Positions 31,269 through 40,019 of a DNA stretch of 64,000 nucleotides are shown piece by piece. A program made the translations under genes and the position numbers. Source of the stretch: an uncultured Bacillales bacterium (GTDB lineage Bacteria > Bacillota_I > Bacilli_A > RFN20 > CAG-449); the NCBI GenBank assembly GCA_946641515.1, contig CAMPBT010000003.1:56079-120078 (forward strand), in the 5' to 3' direction. The notes beneath the pieces were generated by a model. That model was given only the letters and a program-made list of their open reading frames with translations. It did not search any database and had not been told where the DNA came from. Position 1 is the first letter of the stretch. Every line of letters begins with the position of its first letter.

Positions 31269-31748
31269 CTATTTGTGATAAACTTCGTTATTTAAAATTT
31301 TAAACGCACGATAGACTTGTTCTAAAATAATTACTCTAGTCATCTGATGAGTAAAGGTTAAAGGAGATAATTTCAATTTAAAATTAGATCTTTTTCTAAC
31401 TTCATCTGAAAGTCCATTGCTTCCCCCAATAACAAAATCAATAGTAGAAAAGCCTTGTGTTTGAATCTTTTCTACAATCTTTGAGAACTTTATAGAATCT
31501 ATCTCTTCACCATGTAAATCAAGTAAGACTACATAGTCATTTGGTTTAATTTGTTTAAGAAGGTTTTCACCTTCTTTTTTTAATATTCTTTCAATATCTG
31601 AAGGTGAATTATCAAAAGCTTTTTCTTCTTCAACTTCAACTATTGAAGGCTTACAGTATTTAGAAAGTCGCTTAAGATATTCACTAATCTCATCTTTAGT
31701 GAATTTCTCTTTAATTTTACCAACTGCGACAATTCTAACTGTAACCAT
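31269..31748 (-). CDS. rlmH: 23S rRNA (pseudouridine1915-N3)-methyltransferase RlmH
   Basis: ORF 31269..31787. Start preferred at MVTVRIVAVGKIKEKF (31748). SPOUT fold. C-terminal PLTFTHQMTRVIILEQVYRAFKI. Confidence 0.82.
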   Translation of the reverse strand: MVTVRIVAVGKIKEKFTKDEISEYLKRLSKYCKPSIVEVEEEKAFDNSPSDIERILKKEGENLLKQIKPNDYVVLLDLHGEEIDSIKFSKIVEKIQTQGFSTIDFVIGGSNGLSDEVRKRSNFKLKLSPLTFTHQMTRVIILEQVYRAFKILNNEVYHK

Positions 31749-32494
31749 TATTTCCCTCCACTTACTGTGTCTTTTTGAGAAGCACATCTAATGTTATAAG
31801 CATTAAAATCTACCCCTCTCATCTCAAATACTTTCTTCCAATCATCAAAAGCTTGTTCAGGTGAATTAGCTTCTTCAGAAAGGTGAGCAAGTACAATTTC
31901 TTTAGTCTTTTTGCCAATTACATCGCAAATATAATTAGCACTATCTTCATTAGACATATGACCATAGTCACCCATAATTCTCTGCTTAAGCATTTGAGTT
32001 CTATTAGTATTAATTAACATTCTGACATTGTGATTTGATTCAAAGATATAATAATCAGCATTCTTAATCATCTCGACTACTTTTTCATAAATGTAACCAG
32101 TATCAGTAATATATACTAATTTTTCATCACCGTCTTCAATGATAAATCCAATAGATCCTTTTGCGTCATGAGAAGTAGGAACTACCTTAACCTTAAAGCA
32201 ATTAATTTTATATTCGTTATATGGTATTAATTCATTTTGTAAAAGAACACCTTCATAAGTTAATTTAGTAGTATAAATTTGTTCAGCATTAAAAGTATCT
32301 AACCCACTGATGTGGTCAGAATGGTTATGGGTAACTAATACATAATTAATAGAATCAAGAGTTAAACCAAGATCTAATAATTTATTAACTAATTTTCTTT
32401 TAGAAATACCCATATCAATTAATAAATAACGTCCATTAGATTCAATTAATGTTGAATTACCTTTGGAACCAGATTCAAAAATGTAATATTTCAT
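31748..32494 (-). CDS. MBL-fold metallo-hydrolase (YycJ/WalJ-like)
   Basis: ORF 31748..32539. Start preferred at MKYYIFESGSKGN. HxHxDH motif (VTHNHSDHISG). Confidence 0.75.
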   Translation of the reverse strand: MKYYIFESGSKGNSTLIESNGRYLLIDMGISKRKLVNKLLDLGLTLDSINYVLVTHNHSDHISGLDTFNAEQIYTTKLTYEGVLLQNELIPYNEYKINCFKVKVVPTSHDAKGSIGFIIEDGDEKLVYITDTGYIYEKVVEMIKNADYYIFESNHNVRMLINTNRTQMLKQRIMGDYGHMSNEDSANYICDVIGKKTKEIVLAHLSEEANSPEQAFDDWKKVFEMRGVDFNAYNIRCASQKDTVSGGK

Positions 32495-32498
32495 AATT

Positions 32499-33947
32499 TT
32501 ATTCTTTATTTTCGTGTTCAAGTTCAACGAACTTACCAATATTTTTCATAAAGATAAGTTGAATATTTCTAGTTTGACCATTACGGTTTTTTGCAACAAC
32601 AATAGTTGTAGGAACTGCGTTACCCTGTGGAGAATCATCATCAGGATTACCATCAAAAGGTCTAGATGCTTCTTGAGCAGATTTTTCTGAAGATTGTTTT
32701 CCTTGTTTTTGATAGTCTTCACGGTGGATAAATAATACTTGGTCAGCATCTTGTTCAATAGAACCAGAGTCTCTCAAGTCAGAAAGAACTGGCATACGTG
32801 ATTCTTTTTCATTAGCACGAGATAACTGTGCAAGACAAATAACTGGAACTTCTAATTCTCTAGCAAGTTGCTTTAATTGTTTGGTAATTTCTCCAATTTC
32901 CTGAGTTTTAGAAATTTCACCAAGTTTTGCATTAGTAGTAATTAAGCCTAAGTAGTCAATATAAACAGCGCCTAAATCTGGGTTAGTAGCTTTTAATTTC
33001 TTACACTTAGTTTTAATATCATTTAATTTTTGTGAAGGAGTATCATCAACAAAAATCTTTAATCTTCTTAAGTTGTTATATCCAGCATCTAAAGCTGACC
33101 AATCATCTGGAGATAATTCACCAGTTTGAATGTTTCTAGAGTTAATTTGAGAACACATAGAAAGCATACGGATACCAATATCCGCTGCATCCATTTCAAG
33201 TGAGAAGAATGCAATAGGTCTATCCATTAAAGACGCTGCATTATACATTAAGTTAATTGTTAAAGCAGTTTTACCAACAGAAGGACGTGCACCAATAATA
33301 ATTAATGAACCTGGCTGCCAACCTGTAGTAACTTTATCTAAAGATAAGAAGCCAGTAGTAATACCAGTACAATACTGGTTAACTTTAGTTTTTGCTTTAG
33401 CTTTAGATAATCTTTGAGTAATTTGATTAACAATTGCGTTAGTATCAACAAATTCTGCTACTCTTCTTCTTTGAGTAACTTTTAAAACAGAGTTTTCACA
33501 ATCTGCAACGTATTGAGAAATATCATTAACTGTACCATTAAATCCTTCAATACAATCATCAAGAGTATAAATTAATGATCTAGCAAGTGAATCATCCTGC
33601 AAAATTTTAAGATATGCTCTAGTGTTAACTTCACCTAAATATTCTTCAGATAATTCTCTTAAAAATTCAACTCCTCCAATATTTGGTAAAGCCTTCATTT
33701 GAACATCAAGATAGTTAGTTAAAGAAGTAATATCAACTTTAGTACCTTCGTTAACTAAATTATAAATAGCATGATAAACAATCTTATTTTTAGCATCATA
33801 AAAATCATCATCAGTAAGTGCTGAGATAATATCATCAGTTTCTGTAGCACTTCTAATTAACGCACCCAAAACTGATCTTTCTGCTTCAATATTAAATGGT
33901 AAAGGTAAGTTCTTATTTACCTTTCTATCTTTAGTATTTGCTGGCAT
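32499..33947 (-). CDS. dnaB: replicative DNA helicase (DnaB/DnaC)
   Basis: 482 aa. N-terminal domain (ERSVLGALI), Walker A GARPSVGKTA, and RecA-like motifs. Small Gln/Ser-rich insertion near the C-terminus. Confidence 0.93.
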   Translation of the reverse strand: MPANTKDRKVNKNLPLPFNIEAERSVLGALIRSATETDDIISALTDDDFYDAKNKIVYHAIYNLVNEGTKVDITSLTNYLDVQMKALPNIGGVEFLRELSEEYLGEVNTRAYLKILQDDSLARSLIYTLDDCIEGFNGTVNDISQYVADCENSVLKVTQRRRVAEFVDTNAIVNQITQRLSKAKAKTKVNQYCTGITTGFLSLDKVTTGWQPGSLIIIGARPSVGKTALTINLMYNAASLMDRPIAFFSLEMDAADIGIRMLSMCSQINSRNIQTGELSPDDWSALDAGYNNLRRLKIFVDDTPSQKLNDIKTKCKKLKATNPDLGAVYIDYLGLITTNAKLGEISKTQEIGEITKQLKQLARELEVPVICLAQLSRANEKESRMPVLSDLRDSGSIEQDADQVLFIHREDYQKQGKQSSEKSAQEASRPFDGNPDDDSPQGNAVPTTIVVAKNRNGQTRNIQLIFMKNIGKFVELEHENKE

Positions 33948-33955
33948 AAGTTCAC

Positions 33956-34405
33956 CTATTTCTTTTCACTGACGTGAACGTTAATAACACCTTCTACACC
34001 TTTAAAGATTTGAATCTTCATTCTTGTATAGCCGAAAGCATTAGCAGTTGTCTTATCAACAAATTTTCTCTTATCAAGTTCAATACCATATTGATTTTTT
34101 AAAGCATCAATGGCTTGTTTAGGAGAAATTGAACCTGCCATACGGCCGTCTTTTGAAGCTGGTGCAGTGAATTCAAGAGTGATGCCTTTTAATTTATCAG
34201 CGATAACTCTAGCTTCAGCTTGTTTCTGTTCAAATAAAGCTTTTTCTTCCGCCATTTGTTTATCTCTAACTTCAATTCCTCTTTCAGTTGATTTAACTGC
34301 TAATCTTTTAGGAATTAAAAAGTTTTGAGCGTATCCATCAGATACTTCGACAATTTGATTTTTCTTGCCAAGTGTCTTTACGTCTTGTAATAAAATAACT
34401 TTCAT
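33956..34405 (-). CDS. rplI: 50S ribosomal protein L9
   Basis: 149 aa. MKVILLQDVKTLGKKNQIVEVSDGYAQNFLIPK is diagnostic. Confidence 0.95.
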   Translation of the reverse strand: MKVILLQDVKTLGKKNQIVEVSDGYAQNFLIPKRLAVKSTERGIEVRDKQMAEEKALFEQKQAEARVIADKLKGITLEFTAPASKDGRMAGSISPKQAIDALKNQYGIELDKRKFVDKTTANAFGYTRMKIQIFKGVEGVINVHVSEKK

Positions 34406-34416
34406 TTTCTCTCCTC

Positions 34417-36450
34417 CTAAGATGCTCTAGCATCGTTTAAATAATATTCTAATGTTTCAATAAGTTTTTTCTTAACTTCTTCAATCTTTAAGTTGTTAAA
34501 TTGTGCTGCTGCCGCTGAGAAGTGACCTCCGCCACCTAATTTTTCAACCAAGTATTGAACGTTAATAGAACCATCAGATCTAGCGGAAATACCAACTTGA
34601 TCTTTACCAATTCTACCAATGACAAAGCAAGCGTTAACCCCGTTTACACTTAAAGATTCTTGTCCAACAATTGAAAGCATTGTTCTATCAATAATATCTT
34701 CTTCACTACTTGTACATACAACTACACCAGTAAAAGGAGTAGTAGCAGTAGCCATAATCTTAACTTTTAATGAATATTCTTCAAATTCTTCTTTTAAGAA
34801 CGAATCAGCAACAGAATTATCTGCACCGAAATCCTTAAGAACAAGTGAAGCATCATAAGTTCTAGAACCAGTTCTAACACGATAATAGTTAGTATCAAGC
34901 AAGATACCTGATAACATCATCGTCGCGTAGTTAGCAGGTAAAATAATTCTCTTTTCGTTGTTAGAAATAATTTCTGCAACAAGTTCAGAAGCTGATGAAG
35001 CAGAAGGTTCAACATAGTTAAATGCTGGGTGTTCAACGAATTCTTCGCCACGTCTATGGTGGTCAACAATTGCAATCTTTCTTGCAGTTTCAACAAGTTT
35101 AGGCCACATTGTTTGAGAAGGTCTATGAACATCAGTAAGAATTAATAATGTTTGAACGTGACATCCTTCAACAGCTTGTGAAGGTGAAATAGTCATTTCC
35201 GCTAACTCTTCTTTAGTAAACATCTGTTTGAATGCTTTTCTAGTTTTAGCTTCAGTTAATTTATCATCGTATACAATTTGAACTTTTGCGCCAAATTGCT
35301 TAGCAAAATAATATAAACCTACAGCAGAACCAATAGCGTCTAAGTCTGCCATAACATGTCCCATAATATAGACGTTAGCAACTTTAGAAGCATCCTTAAT
35401 TAAAGTTTCTAATGATTTAGAAACAATTCTAACTTTAACACGAGATCTCTTACCTTTAGCTTCACTCTTACCACCAATGAAGATTAAATTAGATCCATAT
35501 GGTTGAATAACTGCTTGGTCACCACCACGAGATAAAGCAACATCAAGAGCGCTAGTAGCTAGTTCATTTAATTTAGTGTAATCATCAAGTCCCACAGCAA
35601 AGCCAATTGATAAAGTTAATTCATAATCTTCATCATGAGTATCATTTCTAACTTGGTCAATAATTGAGAAGTTATCATTCATCAATTGTTCATATTTTTC
35701 ATAGTTAGTAATAATTAAATAAGAATCTGCTCTAAATTTTCTAACTAACAATTCATATTTCTTTGCATAGTTAACAATATCTGCTTGAACCTTACCAAGC
35801 ATATCATTAGTCTTAACTTCATCAACAAGAGACATAATATCTTGGTAGTTATCAATTGAGATAATTCCAATTGCAGGAGCATTAGCTTTAGAATATTCAC
35901 TCATAGCATTAAATTCAGTAATGTCTTTAAAAACATATAAGTTAGCTTCTCTTAAGAATTTAACATCATAAACACGGTTGTTGTTTTCAATCTTTACATC
36001 CTGAATTTTATTTTCACGAGCGGATTCTTTTAATTTTCTAAGTTCACTCTTCCATTCAAAAATATTTTTATCAATTAATTTAGTTTGTTCATCTTCAAAC
36101 CATTCATTAACCCAAATAACTTCATCCATTTCATTAACTAAGACTAAGCCAACTTGAGCAAAATCATAAACATCTTGAATGTCATCACCGACAATATCTG
36201 CAGCAGTAACATCACTCTTCAATCTACTTGAAGCAATTCTATGCATAGTTAACCAAATAAAGAATACATCGATAACCATTGATAAAGCTAAAGTGCCAAA
36301 AGATAGATATAAATAAATAGGTTTCTTATCCATCAAATAATATAAAACTGCAAAAACAGTAGTAATCGATGCTTCAACAAAGAAGATCCAGAAATTTAAA
36401 ATCACATACTTTTTAATTAGTTTCTGCATATAATTCTCCTTATTATCCAA
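34417..36450 (-). CDS. gdpP: DHH/DHHA1 phosphoesterase with N-terminal TM and PAS/GGDEF-like region (GdpP-type c-di-AMP phosphodiesterase)
   Basis: 677 aa. Two N-terminal TM helices. DHH motifs (IMGHVMADLDAIGSA...DHH) and DHHA1 GGGH (LGGGGHFSAAAAQ). Synteny gdpP-rplI-dnaB as in B. subtilis. Confidence 0.85.
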   Translation of the reverse strand: MDNKENYMQKLIKKYVILNFWIFFVEASITTVFAVLYYLMDKKPIYLYLSFGTLALSMVIDVFFIWLTMHRIASSRLKSDVTAADIVGDDIQDVYDFAQVGLVLVNEMDEVIWVNEWFEDEQTKLIDKNIFEWKSELRKLKESARENKIQDVKIENNNRVYDVKFLREANLYVFKDITEFNAMSEYSKANAPAIGIISIDNYQDIMSLVDEVKTNDMLGKVQADIVNYAKKYELLVRKFRADSYLIITNYEKYEQLMNDNFSIIDQVRNDTHDEDYELTLSIGFAVGLDDYTKLNELATSALDVALSRGGDQAVIQPYGSNLIFIGGKSEAKGKRSRVKVRIVSKSLETLIKDASKVANVYIMGHVMADLDAIGSAVGLYYFAKQFGAKVQIVYDDKLTEAKTRKAFKQMFTKEELAEMTISPSQAVEGCHVQTLLILTDVHRPSQTMWPKLVETARKIAIVDHHRRGEEFVEHPAFNYVEPSASSASELVAEIISNNEKRIILPANYATMMLSGILLDTNYYRVRTGSRTYDASLVLKDFGADNSVADSFLKEEFEEYSLKVKIMATATTPFTGVVVCTSSEEDIIDRTMLSIVGQESLSVNGVNACFVIGRIGKDQVGISARSDGSINVQYLVEKLGGGGHFSAAAAQFNNLKIEEVKKKLIETLEYYLNDARAS

Positions 36451-36659
36451 TTCGTACTATATATTGAATATATAGTATCCCCGGATTATATTATAACAAG
36501 TATACCACTTATCACTTACAAAGAAAATTCTTTTTGTCTTATGACAAAAGGCTCTTTTCATATTTTTACTATAAAAATGTATAAAAAATCCCATAAAAAC
36601 GTTCAAAAACCTATAGATATGAAATCTTTATATATTTTTTACACATTTGTATACCAGAA

Positions 36660-36840
36660 TTAGCCTTGACTAACTCACTTTTTAAATGTTACATTTAAAG
36701 GGCTTAGCGGAGTAGTTTCTTATTTATTAAGTTACTAAGTCAACAATCCCGGTGCAAACCTGGCTTAGAGTAATAACGAGAGTTAAGTATAGTTTACTAT
36801 ACTTGGCTTTTTTTATTTCCAAGTTAGTAGTCACAGGAAA
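36660..36840 (+). promoter_or_regulatory. 5' leader with intrinsic terminator upstream of the CaCA transporter gene (candidate riboswitch/attenuator, class unassigned)
   Basis: TTGACT (36667) is followed after 17 nt by TTACAT. The roughly 140-nt leader contains two GGCTTAG(N)GAGTA elements and CCCGGTGCAAACCTGG. It ends in hairpin AAGTATAGTTTACTATACTT plus GGCTTTTTTT (about 36795-36826), just before the RBS and ATG at 36852. Confidence 0.4.
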
Positions 36841-36851
36841 GGAGTATAATT

Positions 36852-37868
36852 ATGTGGTGGATCTACCCATTGTATATCGTTGCACTTGTCGCAATGGTCT
36901 ACTTATCAATTAAACTAGGTGACCTAGTTGATTTATTAGACAAGAAAACAAAAGTTTCAGGCGCATTCATTGGTTCTGTTCTTCTTGGAGCAGTAACATC
37001 ATTACCTGAATTATTTACATCTATATCTTCAGTATTATTTGTAAATAACCCAGAACTTGTTATCGGAGACATTCTTGGTTCAGATATCTTTGATATCGTC
37101 GCATTAGTTGTCTTAACATTTATCTTTGCAAGACACTTTTTCGAATCAAAATTAAAATCAAAATTACACTTATTAAATGTCGGTGTATTACTAGTTATGT
37201 ACGCCCTTGCTTTATATGCAGTATTTGCACCAGCAGAATGGCAACTTATGCTAGGTGATATCAACGTTATTTCACCAATTATCTTTATTGGTTACGTTGC
37301 TCTTCTTATCTTATCTCCAAAAGAAGCAGAGGAAGAAAAAGAAGAAACAGACTCAAAACTTACAGTTAAACAAATTTTAGTATTATTTTCCATCAGTGCA
37401 GTATTATTAATCGGCGTATCAATTGGTATTACATTCATAACAGATCTTATTGTAAAAGAAATCCCTTGGCTTGGTGCTTCTGTAGGTGGAGCAATCTTAC
37501 TTGGTGTTGCTACTTCAATTCCAGAAATTATCTCAACTGCTCATTTATTCAAGCTTAGAAATTACGATGCAGGATTTGGTAACATCATCGGTTCTTGCAC
37601 ATTCAACTTCGCAATTATTTCACTTGCCGACTTCTTATCATGGCAAGCAGTCAACGGATCAGTTGTTGCTTCTAGAGGTATTTGGATTTCAACACAGAAT
37701 TCACAATTATTAACATTATTCGGTTTATTCAGTGTTTTACTCTTAGGTGGATTTATCTTAATCAAGAGTTACACAAAACAGATTAAAGGTGTCAAAAGTT
37801 CATTTATCTATTCAGGTATTGTCGCAGCTTTAATTACTACACTTTATATTTTATCTTTAGTATTATAA
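36852..37868 (+). CDS. Ca2+/cation antiporter (CaCA, Na+/Ca2+ exchanger family) membrane protein
   Basis: 338 aa, about 10 TM helices. Two alpha-repeat signatures: GAVTSLPELFTSIS and GVATSIPEIISTAH. Confidence 0.75.
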   Translation: MWWIYPLYIVALVAMVYLSIKLGDLVDLLDKKTKVSGAFIGSVLLGAVTSLPELFTSISSVLFVNNPELVIGDILGSDIFDIVALVVLTFIFARHFFESKLKSKLHLLNVGVLLVMYALALYAVFAPAEWQLMLGDINVISPIIFIGYVALLILSPKEAEEEKEETDSKLTVKQILVLFSISAVLLIGVSIGITFITDLIVKEIPWLGASVGGAILLGVATSIPEIISTAHLFKLRNYDAGFGNIIGSCTFNFAIISLADFLSWQAVNGSVVASRGIWISTQNSQLLTLFGLFSVLLLGGFILIKSYTKQIKGVKSSFIYSGIVAALITTLYILSLVL

Positions 37869-38127
37869 TCATTATTAATTATAATTATTATATACGCATG
37901 AGCTACCCTCTATTAAGAGAGTAGCTTTTTTATACTCAATTCTATGTATATGTAGTGATTTACAAAAAAATAGAATGATTTTCACAAAAAACTTTCGAAA
38001 ATTTTCTTATTTTGAGAGGTATTTAAAAAGTTATCTCTATTTTTAAACATTTGTGTGACATTATGCACGAAAACGTTGCGAAATGCCTAAAAAAGGCCAC
38101 TTTATGCCAAAAAAATGTAATAAAATT

Positions 38128-38152
38128 TTTTTTAAAGACGTTTCGTGCCAAA
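38128..38152 (+). promoter_or_regulatory. conserved TTTTTTAAAGnnTTTCGTGCCAAA box (copy 1) upstream of cassette 1
   Basis: TTTTTTAAAGACGTTTCGTGCCAAA. Related ATGCCAAAAAAATG at 38102-38117. The same box recurs at 49165-49190, 49391-49410, 50763-50841 and, inverted, at 52641-52680. Confidence 0.5.
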
Positions 38153-38270
38153 TTTTTGGATACTTATGTAACGCCTCTACTTTTATATCCTTTTATTAAG
38201 TATGATAATCGAGGCTTTTGAAAAAAGGCACGCGAATAAAATCATTAGTATAAATAAAGGAGAAAGAAAT

Positions 38271-38765
38271 ATGAAGTTATTAAATAGAGTTACATTATTA
38301 TCAGTCTTAGGTATCTCAGCATTAGTAGGTACAGGTTACGCTGCATGGACATTCTCTGCATCAGCAGAAAACAAAACAGCAAACGCAGCACTCTTAATCA
38401 CAGATGCAAACACTGTTGGTGAAATCTCATTCAAAACAAATACAGCAAAATTCACTTTAGATCAATCAGGTATCACATGGGAAGGTGAAATCGTTGCAGA
38501 TTATTCTTCAGTTGGTTCAGAAGTTGAAGATCCATCAATTGAAAAATCATGGACAGCAGCAATTCCTGCAGAATTAGCAACATACGTTACATTCGTAGAT
38601 GCTTCAACAACAATCTCAGGCACATGGGAAGATGATGTTGCAATCGTTTTACCAGAACTCGTTTACACAGCAAACAAGCCAACAACAAAATCAGCTTACG
38701 ATACAATGGTTAGCTTAATCTCAGAATCAAATATCACATTCACATTCTCAGCAACAATTGCATAA
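38271..38765 (+). CDS. small exported TasA/camelysin-like protein with SipW-cognate-type signal peptide (paralog A1)
   Basis: ORF 38202..38765. Start preferred at ATG 38271, with AAAGGAGAAAG RBS. N-terminus MKLLNRVTLLSVLGISALVGTGYAAWTFSAS. C-terminus ...NITFTFSATIA. Paralogous to 50973..51503 and 53022..53507. Confidence 0.7.
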   Translation: MKLLNRVTLLSVLGISALVGTGYAAWTFSASAENKTANAALLITDANTVGEISFKTNTAKFTLDQSGITWEGEIVADYSSVGSEVEDPSIEKSWTAAIPAELATYVTFVDASTTISGTWEDDVAIVLPELVYTANKPTTKSAYDTMVSLISESNITFTFSATIA

Positions 38766-38865
38766 TATATTTAATTAACTTACATATATAATAAATCGGC
38801 CGTAGTTCAGAAATGCACTTCGGCCATTATCATAAATAATGGTTCAAAGAAAGGAGGTACCAGTT

Positions 38866-39801
38866 ATGAAAAAAATCAAAATGATCTTAACAGCATTAAT
38901 TGGTGCTCTATTTCTTGGAACAGCCGCTGCTACAGTAGCTACAACAGGATTTGCAGCATGGACATTCTCTTCAAATTCTTACAACACTCAATCAATCAGA
39001 GGTGCAATAAACGAATGGGAATTTGCTTCTTATGAAAGCATCTTTGAATTTGATGAAGAAACAGGAACTATCTTATACATCAAACAAATCATTGATGAAA
39101 ATGGAACAGTCACTGTACCAAATGAAATTAACGGTGTCCCAGTTACACATATTGACAAGTATGCATTTAGCAATCAGCCTAGTTTAACATCAATTGTTAT
39201 CGAAGCAGAAAACTTAACAATTGAAAGCTATGCTTTCTATGGTGACTACAACTTAAAAGAAATCACTTTACCTTCTTCAACAAAATTACTCAAATATTCA
39301 TTTGCTAATTCAGGATCATATAACTCAGATACAAAGACATATTCAATTGACAGCGTTACATTCACAGGAAGCGCTACTGAATTAACAGGTAACCAAGTAT
39401 TCAAAGGATTAGAAATTAACACAATTACAATCCCTGCAATCGTTACTAACGTTGAAAAATCATTCTTCGATGGTGTTGAAGATTACGAAATGATCAATTA
39501 CGGTGGATCTGTTGAAGACTTCGTTGGTACAGATCATAACAACGATACATATTCAATCTTTGAAGGTTTAGTTTATAACTTACGTAATAGAAATGCTGGT
39601 ACATATGCTTACCAAGCTCCAACAGCATTAACAATCTCTGGCAGAGTATTCTACTTAAATCAAAGCAACTTTACACAGAACTTATTACATTACTACGCAG
39701 AAGATGGTTCATATATTGTATATAACTTTAACAATCGTGTTAAGGTTAGCGGCAGCACATACGATAACTCAAATTGCTACTATTATTACATTGCAGAATA
39801 A
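38866..39801 (+). CDS. exported BspA-type leucine-rich-repeat (LRR_5-like) protein with SipW-cognate-type signal peptide (paralog B1)
   Basis: ORF 38839..39801. Start preferred at ATG 38866, with AAAGGAGG RBS. N-terminus MKKIKMILTALIGALFLGTAAATVATTGFAAWTFSS. LRR_5-like repeats (VTVPNEINGVPVTHIDKYAFSNQPSLTSIVI...). Terminator at 39802-39840. Confidence 0.65.
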   Translation: MKKIKMILTALIGALFLGTAAATVATTGFAAWTFSSNSYNTQSIRGAINEWEFASYESIFEFDEETGTILYIKQIIDENGTVTVPNEINGVPVTHIDKYAFSNQPSLTSIVIEAENLTIESYAFYGDYNLKEITLPSSTKLLKYSFANSGSYNSDTKTYSIDSVTFTGSATELTGNQVFKGLEINTITIPAIVTNVEKSFFDGVEDYEMINYGGSVEDFVGTDHNNDTYSIFEGLVYNLRNRNAGTYAYQAPTALTISGRVFYLNQSNFTQNLLHYYAEDGSYIVYNFNNRVKVSGSTYDNSNCYYYYIAE

Positions 39802-40019
39802 AATGCAAAACGGCTCAATGAGCCGTTTTCTTTTGCATTAAGCACAAATTACAATTACATTTATATAAATCTCTTAAATAGGCTTAAACTAATAAATAAC
39901 AAGCATTCACAGTTTAATAATAATATTAAAAATTACAAAGAACATATTTCTCTTTGGCATATTTTTTACATCTAAATAAAGTAAATCGAGTAGGGAGTAA
40001 AATTAGATAATTTCCTCTC

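Noticed and set aside
36700-36830. Assignment of the CaCA-gene leader to the yybP-ykoY Mn2+ riboswitch class
   Set aside because: The hallmark contiguous AAAGGGGAGUAG segment is split (AAAGGG-CUUAGC-GGAGUAG) and I could not find the characteristic 3' half. Kept as an unassigned candidate instead.
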